Source of the DNA: Macrostomum lignano
Lineage: Eukaryota
Direction: 5' to 3'
DNA length: 64,000 nucleotides
Assembly (NCBI GenBank): GCA_002269645.1
Contig: NIVC01000945.1
Span: 62,001-126,000 of the forward strand
The notes beneath the pieces were generated by a model. The model saw only the letters and a program-made list of their open reading frames with translations. It had not been told where the DNA came from and did no database searches. Positions 23,444 to 35,773 of this stretch are shown here, piece by piece. Within the stretch, counting starts at the first letter, position 1. Every line of letters begins with the position of its first letter. The position numbers and the translations under genes are program-made.

Positions 23444-26400
23444 TCACTGCTCCCCAGGTGGTGTTTCTCTTGTAGTCGTTGGCGAAACCCTGTTATTGTT
23501 ATCCACCTCCGGTATGTAGAATACAATGTTGCAACTGCCGCCACTCTCGTTGCAGCCTCGCTTTGTATAAACAGCATAAAGCTTTGGCACAAACTGAATT
23601 CCCAGCAACAGTAGGGGAGCTACTGTAGCAGAAAAGGCCAGCATCAGAGCGCTGGCGTTCAGTGAAGCCGACGTCAGAACCAACGGAACGAATGCCGACC
23701 ACAGGAACAGGCTGCACGCGGAGCTGATTAAAATGCAGCGCGAGTCGTGCAGATTGTCCGGTAGGGATCTGCGTCGGTTTTGAAGGTTAAGAAAGTTTTG
23801 GATCCACAAGAGCGTCAGGCACGTCAGTACAATGGGTTGCTTTCACAAACGCGAAATCTCATAACCGCTAAATCACCTACTTTCATAAACGCGAAACTTT
23901 ACAAACGCGAAACTTCACAAACGTGAAAATTCACAACCGCTAAATGTCATCTACTTTCACAACCGCGAAACATCATTACCGCGAACTTCACAACCGCTAA
24001 AAAGACTGCAGTATATGAAAGTAAGTGCAAAAAATTTAGTGGTTTTGAAGTTTCGCGGTTATGAAGTTTCGCGGTTGTGAAAGTAGATGACATTTAGCGG
24101 TTGTGAAGTTTCGCCTTTATGAAATTTAGCGCTTATGAAAGTAGGTGATTTAGCGGTTGTGAAGTTTCGCGGTTGTGAAATTTTGCGTTTATAAAAGCAA
24201 GTGCTTTTAGCGGTTATGAGATTTCGCGTTTGTGAAACCCACCCAGTACAATGACAACTATAGCCCTTTCCGGATCACACGGGAATCCTACCAATCCTGA
24301 GGACAATGTGATCATGAAGACACAGGAATTCTACCAATCCTGAGGACATTGTGATCATGAGGACACGGGAATTCTACCAATCCTGAGGACATTGTGATCA
24401 TGAGGACACAAGAATCCTACCAATCCTGAGGACATTGTGATCATGAGGACACGAGAATTCTACCAATCCTGAGGACATTGTGATCACGAGGACAAGGAAA
24501 CTCCTATCAATCCTGAGGACATTGTGATCATGAAGACACGCGAATCCTACCAATCCTGAGGACATTGTGATCATGAGGACACGGGAATTCTACCAATCCT
24601 GAGGACATTGTGATCACGAGGACAAGGAAACTCCTATCAATCCTGAGGACATTGTGATCATGAAGACACGCGAATCCTACCAATCCTGAGGACATTGTGA
24701 TCATGAAGACACGCGAATCCTACCAATCCTGAGGACATTGTGATCATGAAGACACGCGAATCCTACCAATCCTGAGGACATTGTGATCATGAAGACACGC
24801 GAATCCTACCAATCCTGAGGACATTGTGATCATGAAGACACAAGAATCCTACCAATCCTGAGGACAATGTGATCATGAAGACACAGGAATTCTACCAATC
24901 CTGAGGACATTGTGATCATGAGGACACGGGAATTCTACCAATCCTGAGGACACTGTGATCATGAGGACACAAGAATCCTACCAATCCTGAGGACAATGTG
25001 ATCATGAAGACACAGGAATCCTACCAATCCTGAGGACATTGTGATCATGAGGACAAGGAAACTCCTATCAATCCTGAGGACATTGTGATCACGAGGACAA
25101 GGAAACTCCTATCAATCCTGAGGACATTGTGATCATGAAGACACGCGAATCCTACAAATCCTGAGGACATTGTGATCATGAAGACACGCGAATCCTACCA
25201 ATCCTGAGGACATTGTGATCATGAAGACACGCGAATCCTACCAATCCTGAGGACATTGTGATCATGAAGACACAAGAATCCTACCAATCCTGAGGACAAT
25301 GTGATCATGAAGACACAGGAATTCTACCAATCCTGAGGACATTGTGATCATGAGGACACGGGAATTCTACCAATCCTGAGGACATTGTGATCATGAGGAC
25401 ACAAGAATCCTACCAATCCTGAGGACATTGTGATCATGAGGACACGGGAATTCTACCAATCCTGAGGACATTGTGATCACGAGGACAAGGAAACTCCTAT
25501 CAATCCTGAGGACATTGTGATCATGAAGACACGCGAATCCTACCAATCCTGAGGACATTGTGATCATGAAGACACGCGAATCCTACCAATCCTGAGGACA
25601 TTGTGATCATGAAGACACGCGAATCCTACCAATCCTGAGGACAATGTGATCATGAAGACACAGGAATTCTACCAATCCTGAGGACATTGTGATCATGAGG
25701 ACACGTGAATTCTACCAATCCTGAGGACACTGTGATCATGAGGACACAAGAATCCTACCAATCCTGAGGACAATGTGATCATGAAGACACAGGAATCCTA
25801 CCAATCCTGAGGACATTGTGATCATGAGGACACGGGAATTCTACCAATCCTGAGGACATTGTGATCACGAGGACAAGGAAACTCCTATCAATCCTGAGGA
25901 CATTGTGATCATGAGGACACGGGAATTCTACCAATCCTGAGGACATTGTGATCATGAGGACACGGGAATCCTACCAATCCTGAGGACATTGTGATCATGA
26001 AGACACGCGAATCCTACCAATCCTGAGGACATTGTGATCATGAAGACACGCGAATCCTACCAATCCTGAGGACAATGTGATCATGAAGACACAGGAATTC
26101 TACCAATCCTGAGGACATTGTGATCATGAGGACACGGGAATTCTACCAATCCTGAGGACAATGTGATCATGAGGACACAGGAATTCTACCATTCTATATA
26201 ACTACCACTAGAATCATACATGTACATGAACGAATACATAAACATACATACATTACTGCGAGCCACTGGCACTGGTATCTTCACAGGACACCAGTGATAA
26301 AAATTTTTGCTAATAACACTCGCTTCTATTATACTCGAATGTCAAGGACAGAAAGTACTTTAACATTTCACACAGCACTATTTATTTCATGCACCATCCT

Positions 26401-29400
26401 GTGTTACACTGGTCTACGCACTAATCTGAGTACACATTACCTGGTTCGCAGAGCCAAGCAGCTGGCAGCTGTCAATAGAAGCAAATTAACCGACAATGGA
26501 GCCCAGAACGCGGTGGCATCGTGCAATCGGCAATGCAGCTCCACAATCGGTTTCTCGTCTGTAACGCCTGTCAGTGTGCTGCCCAACTCCTGGCGTTTCA
26601 GCACTATCGGAGAGGTCAGGCTCAATAGGAGCAGGATGGCGATCTGTAAATTGATGTCATAAATCACACTTCTTCCGTAAAACACTAGCCGCCTCTTCCC
26701 AACTATGCATCTCCCACTCACCATGGAGGCGCACACAGCAACGCACAGAGCGCAGACGCCTCTTGACTTTGCCAGCACCGGAGCTGGTCGCCCACGTAGC
26801 GAAGCGTTGAATACGAGAAAAATTCTCCCAGTTTTAGCCAACTGAGCAGCGTAAGAGATGGTTAGACCCATCTGAAGGCACAGATTAGCTGCACTGCATC
26901 GAAAAGGGGTTGGCTCCAGGACCATCATGACGGGCACCATGAAGCTTAGTTGAATTCCTGAATGTTTAACGACCCGTAAAGTGTACTTTTGACATTGTTA
27001 ACCATTAAAATAACAAAAAGGGAGTATGGATCAGCTAGTCGAGCAGAGACGCAGCCAGGGGGGGAGGCAGCGATCCCCAAAGACTAGCAGAAGCTATGCC
27101 GCCCCTTCGAAAGCTGATGCTGGTGCCCCGGTGCTAAAGTGCCTGTAGCTGACGCTCCTGGTTGACGCCCCTGGTGCTGACGCCCCTGGTGCTGACGCCC
27201 CTGGTGCTGACGCCCCTGGTGCTGACGCCCCTGGTGCTGACGCCCCTGGTGCTGACGCCCCTGGTGCTGACGCCCCTGGTGCTGACGCCCCTGGTGCTGA
27301 CGCCCCTGGTGCTGACGCCCCTGGTGCTGACGCCCCTGTAGCTGACGCCCCTTGTGCTGACGCCACTGGTACTGACGCCCCTGGTGCTGACGCCCCTGGT
27401 TATGACGCCCCTGGTGCTAAAGCCCCTGGTGCTAAACCCCTGGTGCTAAACCCCTGGTGCTAAACCCCTGGTGCTAAACCCCTGGTGCTAAAGCCCCTGG
27501 TGCTAAAGCCCCTGGTGCTAAAGCCCCTGGTGCTAAACCCCTGGTGCTAAACCCCTGGTGCTAAACCCCTGGTGCTAAACCCCTGGTGCTAAACCGCTGG
27601 TGCTGACGCCCCTTGTGCTAAAGCCCCTGGTGCTGACGCCCCTTGTGCTAAAGCCCCTGGTGCTAAAGCCTCTGGTGCTAAAAGCCCCTGGTGCTAAAGC
27701 CCCTGGTGCTAAAAGCCCCTGGTGCTAAAAGCCCCGGGCTAAAAGCCAGCAAAAATTCTGGCTATGCCCCATTTGATTCGTATAGAGAGAAATGTGTCTT
27801 TAAGAATGATGGGAAGGCTAATTGCTGGGGTATTCTGGTCTAAACGGGTCGAGCATGGAGTATGTCATAAAAAGCGCTATAAGATTTTTTTAAATTAAGT
27901 TTATGCATCGTACCAATCAGGCATGCGATTGACAGCTCCAGACAGCTAGCCTTGATCAGCTGATGCCATCTATTAATCCAGAATAGTGCTGTAACAATGG
28001 CTGCAGCCGCTGACATCAGCAGTGCTACGCTTAAACAGACGATAAACTCTGGTTTGCCAAACATCTTGTAAGCCGGTATGTCGACACACTTGTTCCTGTC
28101 TACTTCAACTGGCCAGGTGAATCTTGGACAGACCTGACAGGTGAATCTGTCCTTCTGTGTAACAATCTGATTGGCCTGGGGACACGCTCGACAAGTGAAA
28201 CAGCAATTATCTGTCGGAACCTCCGTGTGACCACCAGGACAAGGCGGACTGCAGAAGGATCGAGGCTCGGACCCGTCCGGGGTAGGCCAGACCGGCTCCC
28301 ATGGAGACAGTACGTTGAATTTTCCATTTAGCTGCATTTAAGTAGCAGACAGTGTTATGAAATTTCGCATATGATTTTGGCTCAGTAATTGATCCTAATC
28401 TCGGATTTTCCTATAGACTCTCACTTCTTTTGGGTTACACCAATAGGTTGTCTAGCGGGCCATCTAGAAACACAAGTTCCATGCATTATTGTCTAATAAG
28501 GCCACGAAATCACAAAGCCACAGGCCTTGGGGCCAAGCCGCCACGAAGCCACGGGTTCTGAATTGTTTTTGGTAAGCTACCAAAAAGCCCGATGACCTAG
28601 ACCTTGGATTCTTGGATTCTTCGTTAAGCCACCATGACGCCACAGGACCTTAATTATTTGTTTAGCCGCTACGAAGCCATGGATCCATGTGCTCTTGAGT
28701 TTTTCGGTAAGATTTCACGAAGCCATGGGCTTTGGGCTCTTCAATAAACCATCACGAATCTAGAATACCTTGTTTCTTCGTTAATTCAACTCAAAAGCCT
28801 AATGTAGTAGTTTTCAGTGGGTCAAATGAAAAAAATCTGGACTAAAAACTCGGCAGATTCAATAAAAAGCAAATAACAGTGATGGAATACGTAACCTGTT
28901 GGCTGATCTGATACATTGGCTCGACCTCACCCTCGAGCGTGAAGTTGATCTTTCCAGAAACTCCAGAGAATTCGCCATTGATTATTTGCTCCACTATTCG
29001 TTCGATGGAAACGCACCGTCGGAAGTCGAACGTGTTGTTGCATGATTCGATTGCCCGAATGGCAGACTCCGTTGCTACCCCGATGGCGTCCAACAGTCGG
29101 GCGAGAGGCGGAATGATGCTGTCTCTGGTTAGATTGCTCCATCGGCTAAAATTATGCTCCGTTGAGCCTCCAGACAATTTTTTGAAAAGTTCGGCTCCGC
29201 CCGGATACAGCGACGAGTACTGTTTTAAAAAAGAGTAGTCCATGGCCCAGTATCTGTCAATTAAGTCTGGCGTTGGATGAGTTGGAAAGGACACGTGAAT
29301 AGCATAGTTACTAGCGCCGTTCGGATGAACCGAGCCTGAATTAGCGTCGCTAGTAACTATGATGCCATTGCGCGATTGGATTTCAGCGTAGACCGCGTCC

Positions 29401-30564
29401 GACAGGGAGCTGTAGAAATCGAACAAAACAAACACTCGTAAATTTGGGTGCCGTCGGATTTCCTGGAAATTTTAGGCGAAAAAATGCTGCTTCTGAATAG
29501 CGAACTGGAAAACACTGCTGACTTAACCATTGATGCAACTACCGATAGATACTGTCCTGATACAACTACCGACAGATACTGTCCTGATACATCTACCAAT
29601 AGAGACTGTCCTGATACATCTACCGATAGATACTGTCCTGATACATCTACCGATAGATACTGTCCTGATACAGCTACCGATAGATACTGTCCTGATGCAT
29701 ATACCGAAATATACTGTCCTGATACATCTACCGATAGATACTGTTCTGATGCAGCTACCAATTGATATGATCACTAAATCTAAACTTTACAATATCTGCT
29801 TCTTTCATTACCTGAAGCAGTTGCTGATTGGTACCAACAACTCCAATAGCAAAGGTGAAAGCAATGCAGAGCGAAGCGTTTCGATTTTGCAGCCACAATC
29901 GCGTTGCCGAGGCCAGTCCTCTGCCGTACTCGTCGTCCCTATGCAGGATTGCGGCGTAGCTCCAATTGACTCGACTAGCAAGGAACTCGGCAACCTGTTT
30001 AGCCTGATGCGCGTCGTTAGCAACTAGTCGATACAGATTCGGGTAGAGCTCTCTAGACGCTAATTCGTGGCTACTGGCTTCCGTAGCTAACTGGGGCAAT
30101 TTCCATTGCTGTATGAGCGTGCTCACTAGTTTCGTCCGACTGCTGAACCAGGCCGACACCACGGCGAATACGTAGTGAAATGTCTCGTTTAACTCGGAGT
30201 TTAATCGACCGCAGTTGTCGTTTAACGTAGGCGCGCCTTCAGGTAATTTTTGAACCGGTCGCAATCGAGCAGCCAGTTCCAATGCCCGGCTATTGTTTAG
30301 GCACGGGTCGAGGTGGACAAAGCCAAATAAGACTCCGTGCTCAGTTGCTAGCCAGCCCAGCTTCTCATTAGCCTCAGCCACAGCATGGTGCACGGCCAGA
30401 CTGCGCAGGAACTCCTCTTCGGTTGGAGGCCGGCTCTCGTTTTGACAATCTATGCGCGACTCGTGAATGATGGCCAGGTTCAGGAAGCCCTGTCGACAGA
30501 CTGTGGCCAGAGCGGATGTGGCCGCAGCTGCCGCAAGCAGCACGTAAGTTATAGACTGGGCCAT
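23444..30564 (-). CDS. Class C GPCR (mGluR/CaSR-like), 833 aa; exons 29812..30564, 28896..29462, 27914..28331, 26722..26957, 26441..26643, 23444..23768
   Basis: Signal peptide, Venus-flytrap motifs (PQL..ASS.EL...LYPNLYRL, NDAHQA, EYG), cysteine-rich domain (CSPPC..CCFTC..C..C..C), 7TM with KTGRI, RSLPDN and FVPKLY. All splice phases are consistent and sum to 2502 nt. Confidence 0.92.
23834..24244. mobile_element. Foldback-type MITE, 411 bp, in a GPCR intron
   Basis: About 40-bp TIRs with internal tcacaaacgcgaaa-type subrepeats. Flanked by the direct repeat AGTACAAT (8 bp), or CAGTACAATG (10 bp) if the termini are GG..CC. Confidence 0.88.
24275..26190. repeat. Minisatellite, 43-bp unit, about 44 copies
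   Basis: Tandem copies of ccaatcctgaggacattgtgatcatgaggacacgggaattcta. Confidence 0.97.
27045..27770. repeat. GC-rich 14-16-bp array (cccctggtgctgacg), possibly carried in a MITE
   Basis: The array is clear. Flanks gagacgcagccag / ctggctatgcccc are only weakly inverted (9 of 13), so the MITE call is tentative. Confidence 0.7.
29540..29765. repeat. Minisatellite, 27-bp unit, GPCR intron 1
   Basis: accgatagatactgtcctgatacatct, about 8 copies. Confidence 0.9.
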
Positions 30565-31319
30565 ATTGAAAAAAGAATCGAGAGTGAGAACTTTTCTCAG
30601 CTGATTTCGACAAAAACGAGACCAAAAATATAAAGGCCCCGTTTTTATGGTTGTGTAAACCTGGACTCTGCAAGCTTGATACGGGACTTTAGCTAATAAT
30701 CAAGGAAGGATTGGCGATGCATGGCTCAAAGTTGCAAGGCTGACGAAACCCCGTTTTCAGCGCTAATATTGCCGCCTTTATCAATGAGAACACGCCGTTT
30801 TCATCTTATCTACCACCTGCCGCTGCTCTGCAACCTTCGCGCACACGAATCAATATTGAGAATTCTCAGCGCGAAGCTTTATCAGAATTCTTCTCTATCG
30901 GTCCAGTTTTATTGACCAGATCCCAGATTTATCCCCTTCTTTATCCTTCCACGAAGCACGCGGATGATCTGTAATTGTCGAATGCACTGGCTTTAAATTA
31001 ATGCTCGCATAAAGGTGCAAAATACATGTAGGAGTACTAGGCACTTTTGGGGCCTCGCGGGGTCTCGCGGGGTTGCGATAGAGGCCTCGCAGCTTTTTCG
31101 CGGCGCCTGCGCCCCGCAGTAGTAGGCACTTTCCGATGAACGCTTTTTCAACTACGAGCAATACAAAGTACATGTAGGATCTACATTGAATAGTTAAAAT
31201 TATGTCAATGTCAAAATCTGAAGCTTTTAATATGTCCAAGGTATAATTTGCGAGCAACAATGAAAAAAGACGCCGTCAAGCGTATGATGATTCGGCGAGG
31301 GTACCTGCACGTCATCTGC

Positions 31320-32160
31320 GACGGTGTCACTCTACGTCTCCCACCTACACCTCAAGCACCTGACCGCTTTTTCCAGCCTCTCCACCTACCTGCACGCGGT
31401 GTCGTGGCTTTACAAGCTGACTGGGAGAGCCGACCCTACAGTTCATCCTCTAGTGCGCTTGCCCTTCAAGGTGTCAATAGCGGCAGCGGGGCGCCCATGC
31501 GAGACAGAAAATCGGTTTGACCCCCACCATGCTGCAGCAGCTCAGGTCCCACATCGACACAACCTCCTGCCGCGGCGCGGCTTTCTGGTGCTGTCTGCTG
31601 GTAGGTTTCTGGGGATTGCTGCCTACGGCCAATCTTTGCCTCCCTTCTGTGTCAGCCGCCCGGAGCCCGCAGTTGTCAGCCGAAGCGGTGCGACTGAAAG
31701 ACCTGCAGATGCGCAACAGCGGCATCGAGCTGCGAGTCCGGCACAGCAAGACAATCCAGTTCGCTGAGCGTCAGCACATGGTCTGGCTGCCACGATTGCC
31801 CGCTACGAACGGGTATCCACATCCGCTATGCCCGTTCAGCGTGGTTCTCCTTTACCTCAAGCGCGACAATATCGCTGGAAACGGACCCGACTCGCTTCTG
31901 TTCGCCTTTCGGGTGGGCCAACAACTGGTCCTGGTGTTTTGACCGCAGTTTACAAGACAGCTGTTCAATGCGGCGACAGCGGCAGGCCTCGACACGACGG
32001 CAATCTCCGGGCACTCATTGTGCAGAGGCGAAGCGACCTTCTTCGCCAGCTCAGGTGCATCAGTGCACGAAGTGATGGCCTTGGGTGACTGGCGAAGCGA
32101 CTCCGTGTTCCGCTACATCCAACCTGGTGTCGAGGCAATCGCCGGCGCGCGGTGGAAGCA
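31320..32160 (+). pseudogene. Decayed tyrosine recombinase of a DIRS/Ngaro-like element
   Basis: Across frameshifts: STYLHAVSWLYKL...DPT, FWGLL(P)TANL, HSKTIQF, LCP, GHSL(C)RG, LGDWRSDSVFRY. No RT/RNase H seen nearby. Confidence 0.85.
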
Positions 32161-33023
32161 GCGTCATCAGCTGCTCCCCATCCTCTCGCCGCACCTAACC
32201 TTTTTACTTGAACTTGGGCCTGCCTCGCTGAGCTCGGTCGTACCTTCGTATCCGTCTCTTTGCTCTAGACAAAAATAGTCAGGTAAAACGGGTGGCTTTA
32301 AACGTTTTAATGTCTGAGTGATCCGCCTCGCCGTCTATCGTTCAACGTGACAAAAGCAACGGCAGTCGACGAAGTGTCGTGTGGCACCTGCGGCAGCGGC
32401 AGCAGCACCTTCTGCGCCGGTTGTGGGCAGTACGACTCGGCGCGGATGATGTAGCCTACCAGCTGAAGTTGTCAACGTTGCAACAGGGTTGCTTGAACGA
32501 CTAACTGATATTCAATACTCATGTTTAGTGTCTGACTGAAACCTACTTAAAGTAGTATGCAATTTTCTTGCCTTTTCTGTCGCAGATTTTTTCGTAACAT
32601 TTTAAAAAGTGCTAAGCAGACGGAGTAGCTACGCATGCTGATAAAATTTTTCCTAAATCTCAGCCTTCGAGATCTGCATTCGAAGCGAAAAATCTCCTGA
32701 ATGTCTGGCGCAAAATGCGTTTCAATTGAGAAACAATTCAAATCTAACATAGTAAACTGGCTAATCTTATCAGTTCCAATGTGTCGTCTATTCCAACGGT
32801 CTCCAATGGTGACAATCAGCAACTGCAGGCATTGGCGAACGAAAAAAAGCTTTAAATCGTTTAGTTTTTACTTTCCAAAGGCACTGAATCATTTGAGAGC
32901 AGAGAGCAGAGTATAAACTCAAACGAGTAGCTGTAGCTTCTAACTTTTAGCTAGACGAAGACAAGTCTGGTAAGAAATTAATTAACTAACGAATTCCTTA
33001 CCAAGCTTCAAAATCGCTTAAGC

Positions 33024-35735
33024 ATGGACCTAACGGACTCATTCAACGGCATCGAGAATGAACTTCGCGGCTTCACCAAACAGTTGAAGAGTCGGAGAAC
33101 AGAACCGCCTGGTCAGGAAAGTGCCGAAGGAAGAAATGTGAAAGAAATTAATGCCAAGCTGAATGAGGCTAATGGAAGTTTTGAGGATTGCAATGCTGTG
33201 CTACAGTCGCAGATCGAAGCGTCTTCAAGGGCGATGGGAGCACTGCAGGAGCTTTTGGCGGAGGTTAAGCTGCTATCTGAGCTGCCACAGGGTACGTATG
33301 TAACCTGAGCGAGATGTCCGAGAAATAGGTCTTCAGACATTTTTAAGATTTGCTGTTTGTGAGTTTGAAAATTTTGACTTGGCAAGCCAGAAAATTGATT
33401 GGCTTTCGATGGGTGCAAGTATAGGAGCAGAATTATGTAGGTCAATGCATGCCCTGAATTAGTGGTCTGAGGTGAGGGTGCGGGAGGCCCTTTAGACCCC
33501 CTAAAATTAGGGAGTCTAAATGCAGGTGTGTACGCTTAGGCACACAAATTGTGATCTTACTGTACTGTCGTTAATGTAATGATATTATTGATCTACATAA
33601 TGCGCCTCCTTAATACCGACGCAAACAGAAAGCGACGACATCGACAATTTCATTCGAGGGGGAGGTGGCGGCGGTCCAACTGTAAAGAAACGAATTTCTA
33701 AAGACGATTTGAAAGACCTGCTCGATCTGTCACAGACACTGAAAGACACCGTCAACCTGTTTGAATCTGTTGAGACGCTCATCAGAGAGACGCTGCAGAA
33801 TAGTCAGCGAGGTGCAGAGCTGGCCGCTGACGTTCAGGATGAGGTGTGTACGAGCTTACACTGATAAATCAATGACATAGCCATAGCAGAGCATACTTCG
33901 TAGCTTTACATTTAGACTACATTTAATCCCATTAACAAATAATTTTGATATGATTTTTCGTGGTTTTGTTTCAATTGTGCTGTTCTGAATTTCCAGTATT
34001 GAGGACTCCACAAAATGCTTTGTTTTACTTGCATACGAGTATGAATGTACCAAACTTTTTATTCCGTTTAACTTTCAACTGTGCAGCTCGACCGTCTGAA
34101 TCGTGAGAGAGACGAGACTGAAAGAAAACGAAAAGAAGAAGAGGAAGAGCGTCAGAGACGTGAGAAGGAAGAGCGTCAGAAGCGTGAGGAGGAAGAGCGT
34201 CAGAAGCGTGAGGAGGAAGAGCGTCAGAAGCGTGAGGAGGAAGAGCGTCAGAGACGTGAGGAGGAAGAGCGTCAGGAAAAAGAACGACAGGAGAAACAGA
34301 GGACAAGTGAACTACGTCAACGGCAAGCTGAGGAGGAGAAGAAGCGTAAAAGCGAAGAGAAGCAGCAACAGCAACGCGAGCGCGAGGAAGCGCGACTGCT
34401 ACGCGAAGAAGAGCGCAGCTGGAAACCCGTGGTGATTAAACTCCAAGACAGCAACGAACCGGAAGCTCTGTTCGGTCGAGACTCGCCAGGATGCGCGATT
34501 AGGGCACCGGAGGGAGCATTTATTCGCGACGAAATTCGCTGCACGGACGCGTCTTCATTGCTACGGCCATGTTCCTTCCCAGCATCCGAGGAGGTCGCTG
34601 GTAGAGCTGTGCGCATTGAGGCCATCGGGCGGTCCGAGCTTGGGAGCAGCTACGGCGGCCGAACTGTCCAGTGGTTTCTGGCGTTGCCGCAATCGGCTGG
34701 AAAGTCACCCGGAAAAGAGACAGTTCTGTATGTAAGTTGAAAGAAAATTATCAGTGCGTACTTGTTTATGCTTGCTACTGAAGTTCATGCAAAGTTAAAT
34801 AAAGAGTGTTTTAATGCCCCGGTTCTGCACCTCGTAGATCTTAGTTGACTTGCAACTGCTGCAAGGGGGTGGCTCAAATTAAGGCGACAGTGTCCCGAAG
34901 CCTTAACGTAGATAATAACACATTCTGTGCACTGGGGATTGCCATTTGTGGGTGGTAATCACGGGCTTATTAAAAAGAACTAACAAATGGCGAGAACCGT
35001 TGACCTACATGTAATCTGCCTTCGCACCCAGGTGTACAACAAGAATGACACGTCATGGACGGAGGTGCCATCGGATGAGATTCAACAGGGCGGTCTGCCC
35101 AGCCAGTACAGATGGTTTGAGACGAGGATGTCTGAAGTCCCGATCACGATCGTGCCGGTGGTCCGGTGGAAAGTCAGCCGGTTCAACCTGACCCAGCAGG
35201 GTGCCGAAATCAACAGCCCGTTGGACAGCCGCTTTGGATTGACTATCCCTGGCGACTCGATCTCGCAGAACAATGCCAGCTTTGCTCAGTCATTCCAGGT
35301 TCGTCCAATCAGCCAAGAGTTGATCGACGAACTGCGCACCGATCACCCGGACTCATATTCTGGACTGCTGACCACGAGTTTTCTCTTAGTGCACAGTAAG
35401 TCAACATACTTTCAAGCTCTTTGCGTAGCATAATAAATACCCTAAGACTGGGATTTCACACTTATTATTATACGCTAGTATTAAAACGCAACCCATAATT
35501 GTAGCATCATCTGAAGCACAGCCTCTCAAACGGCCATCCGAGTACAAACTGCACCTGCCAAGGTCTGTTTCGAACAAGAATTATTCTAGCAATCACGCTG
35601 AGCACTTCTCAGCTTATAATGAAGGAATTAGTCGAAGATCTTCGATTGCGCCCCGAAAGCAGAGCAAACGGTTGGATAGTAAGTTTGTTTGCTTACTTTT
35701 GCTTACTGTACTTTTGTTTTGTCCTTTTTGTTTGA

Positions 35736-35773
<38 letters not shown>

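Noticed and set aside
24275-26190. CRISPR-like appearance of regular arrays
   Set aside because: Units are contiguous with no unique spacers, no cas genes are present, and the context is eukaryotic.
32290-32822. Short minus-strand coding-like frames upstream of the ZU5 gene
   Set aside because: No recognisable motif or consistent exon chain.
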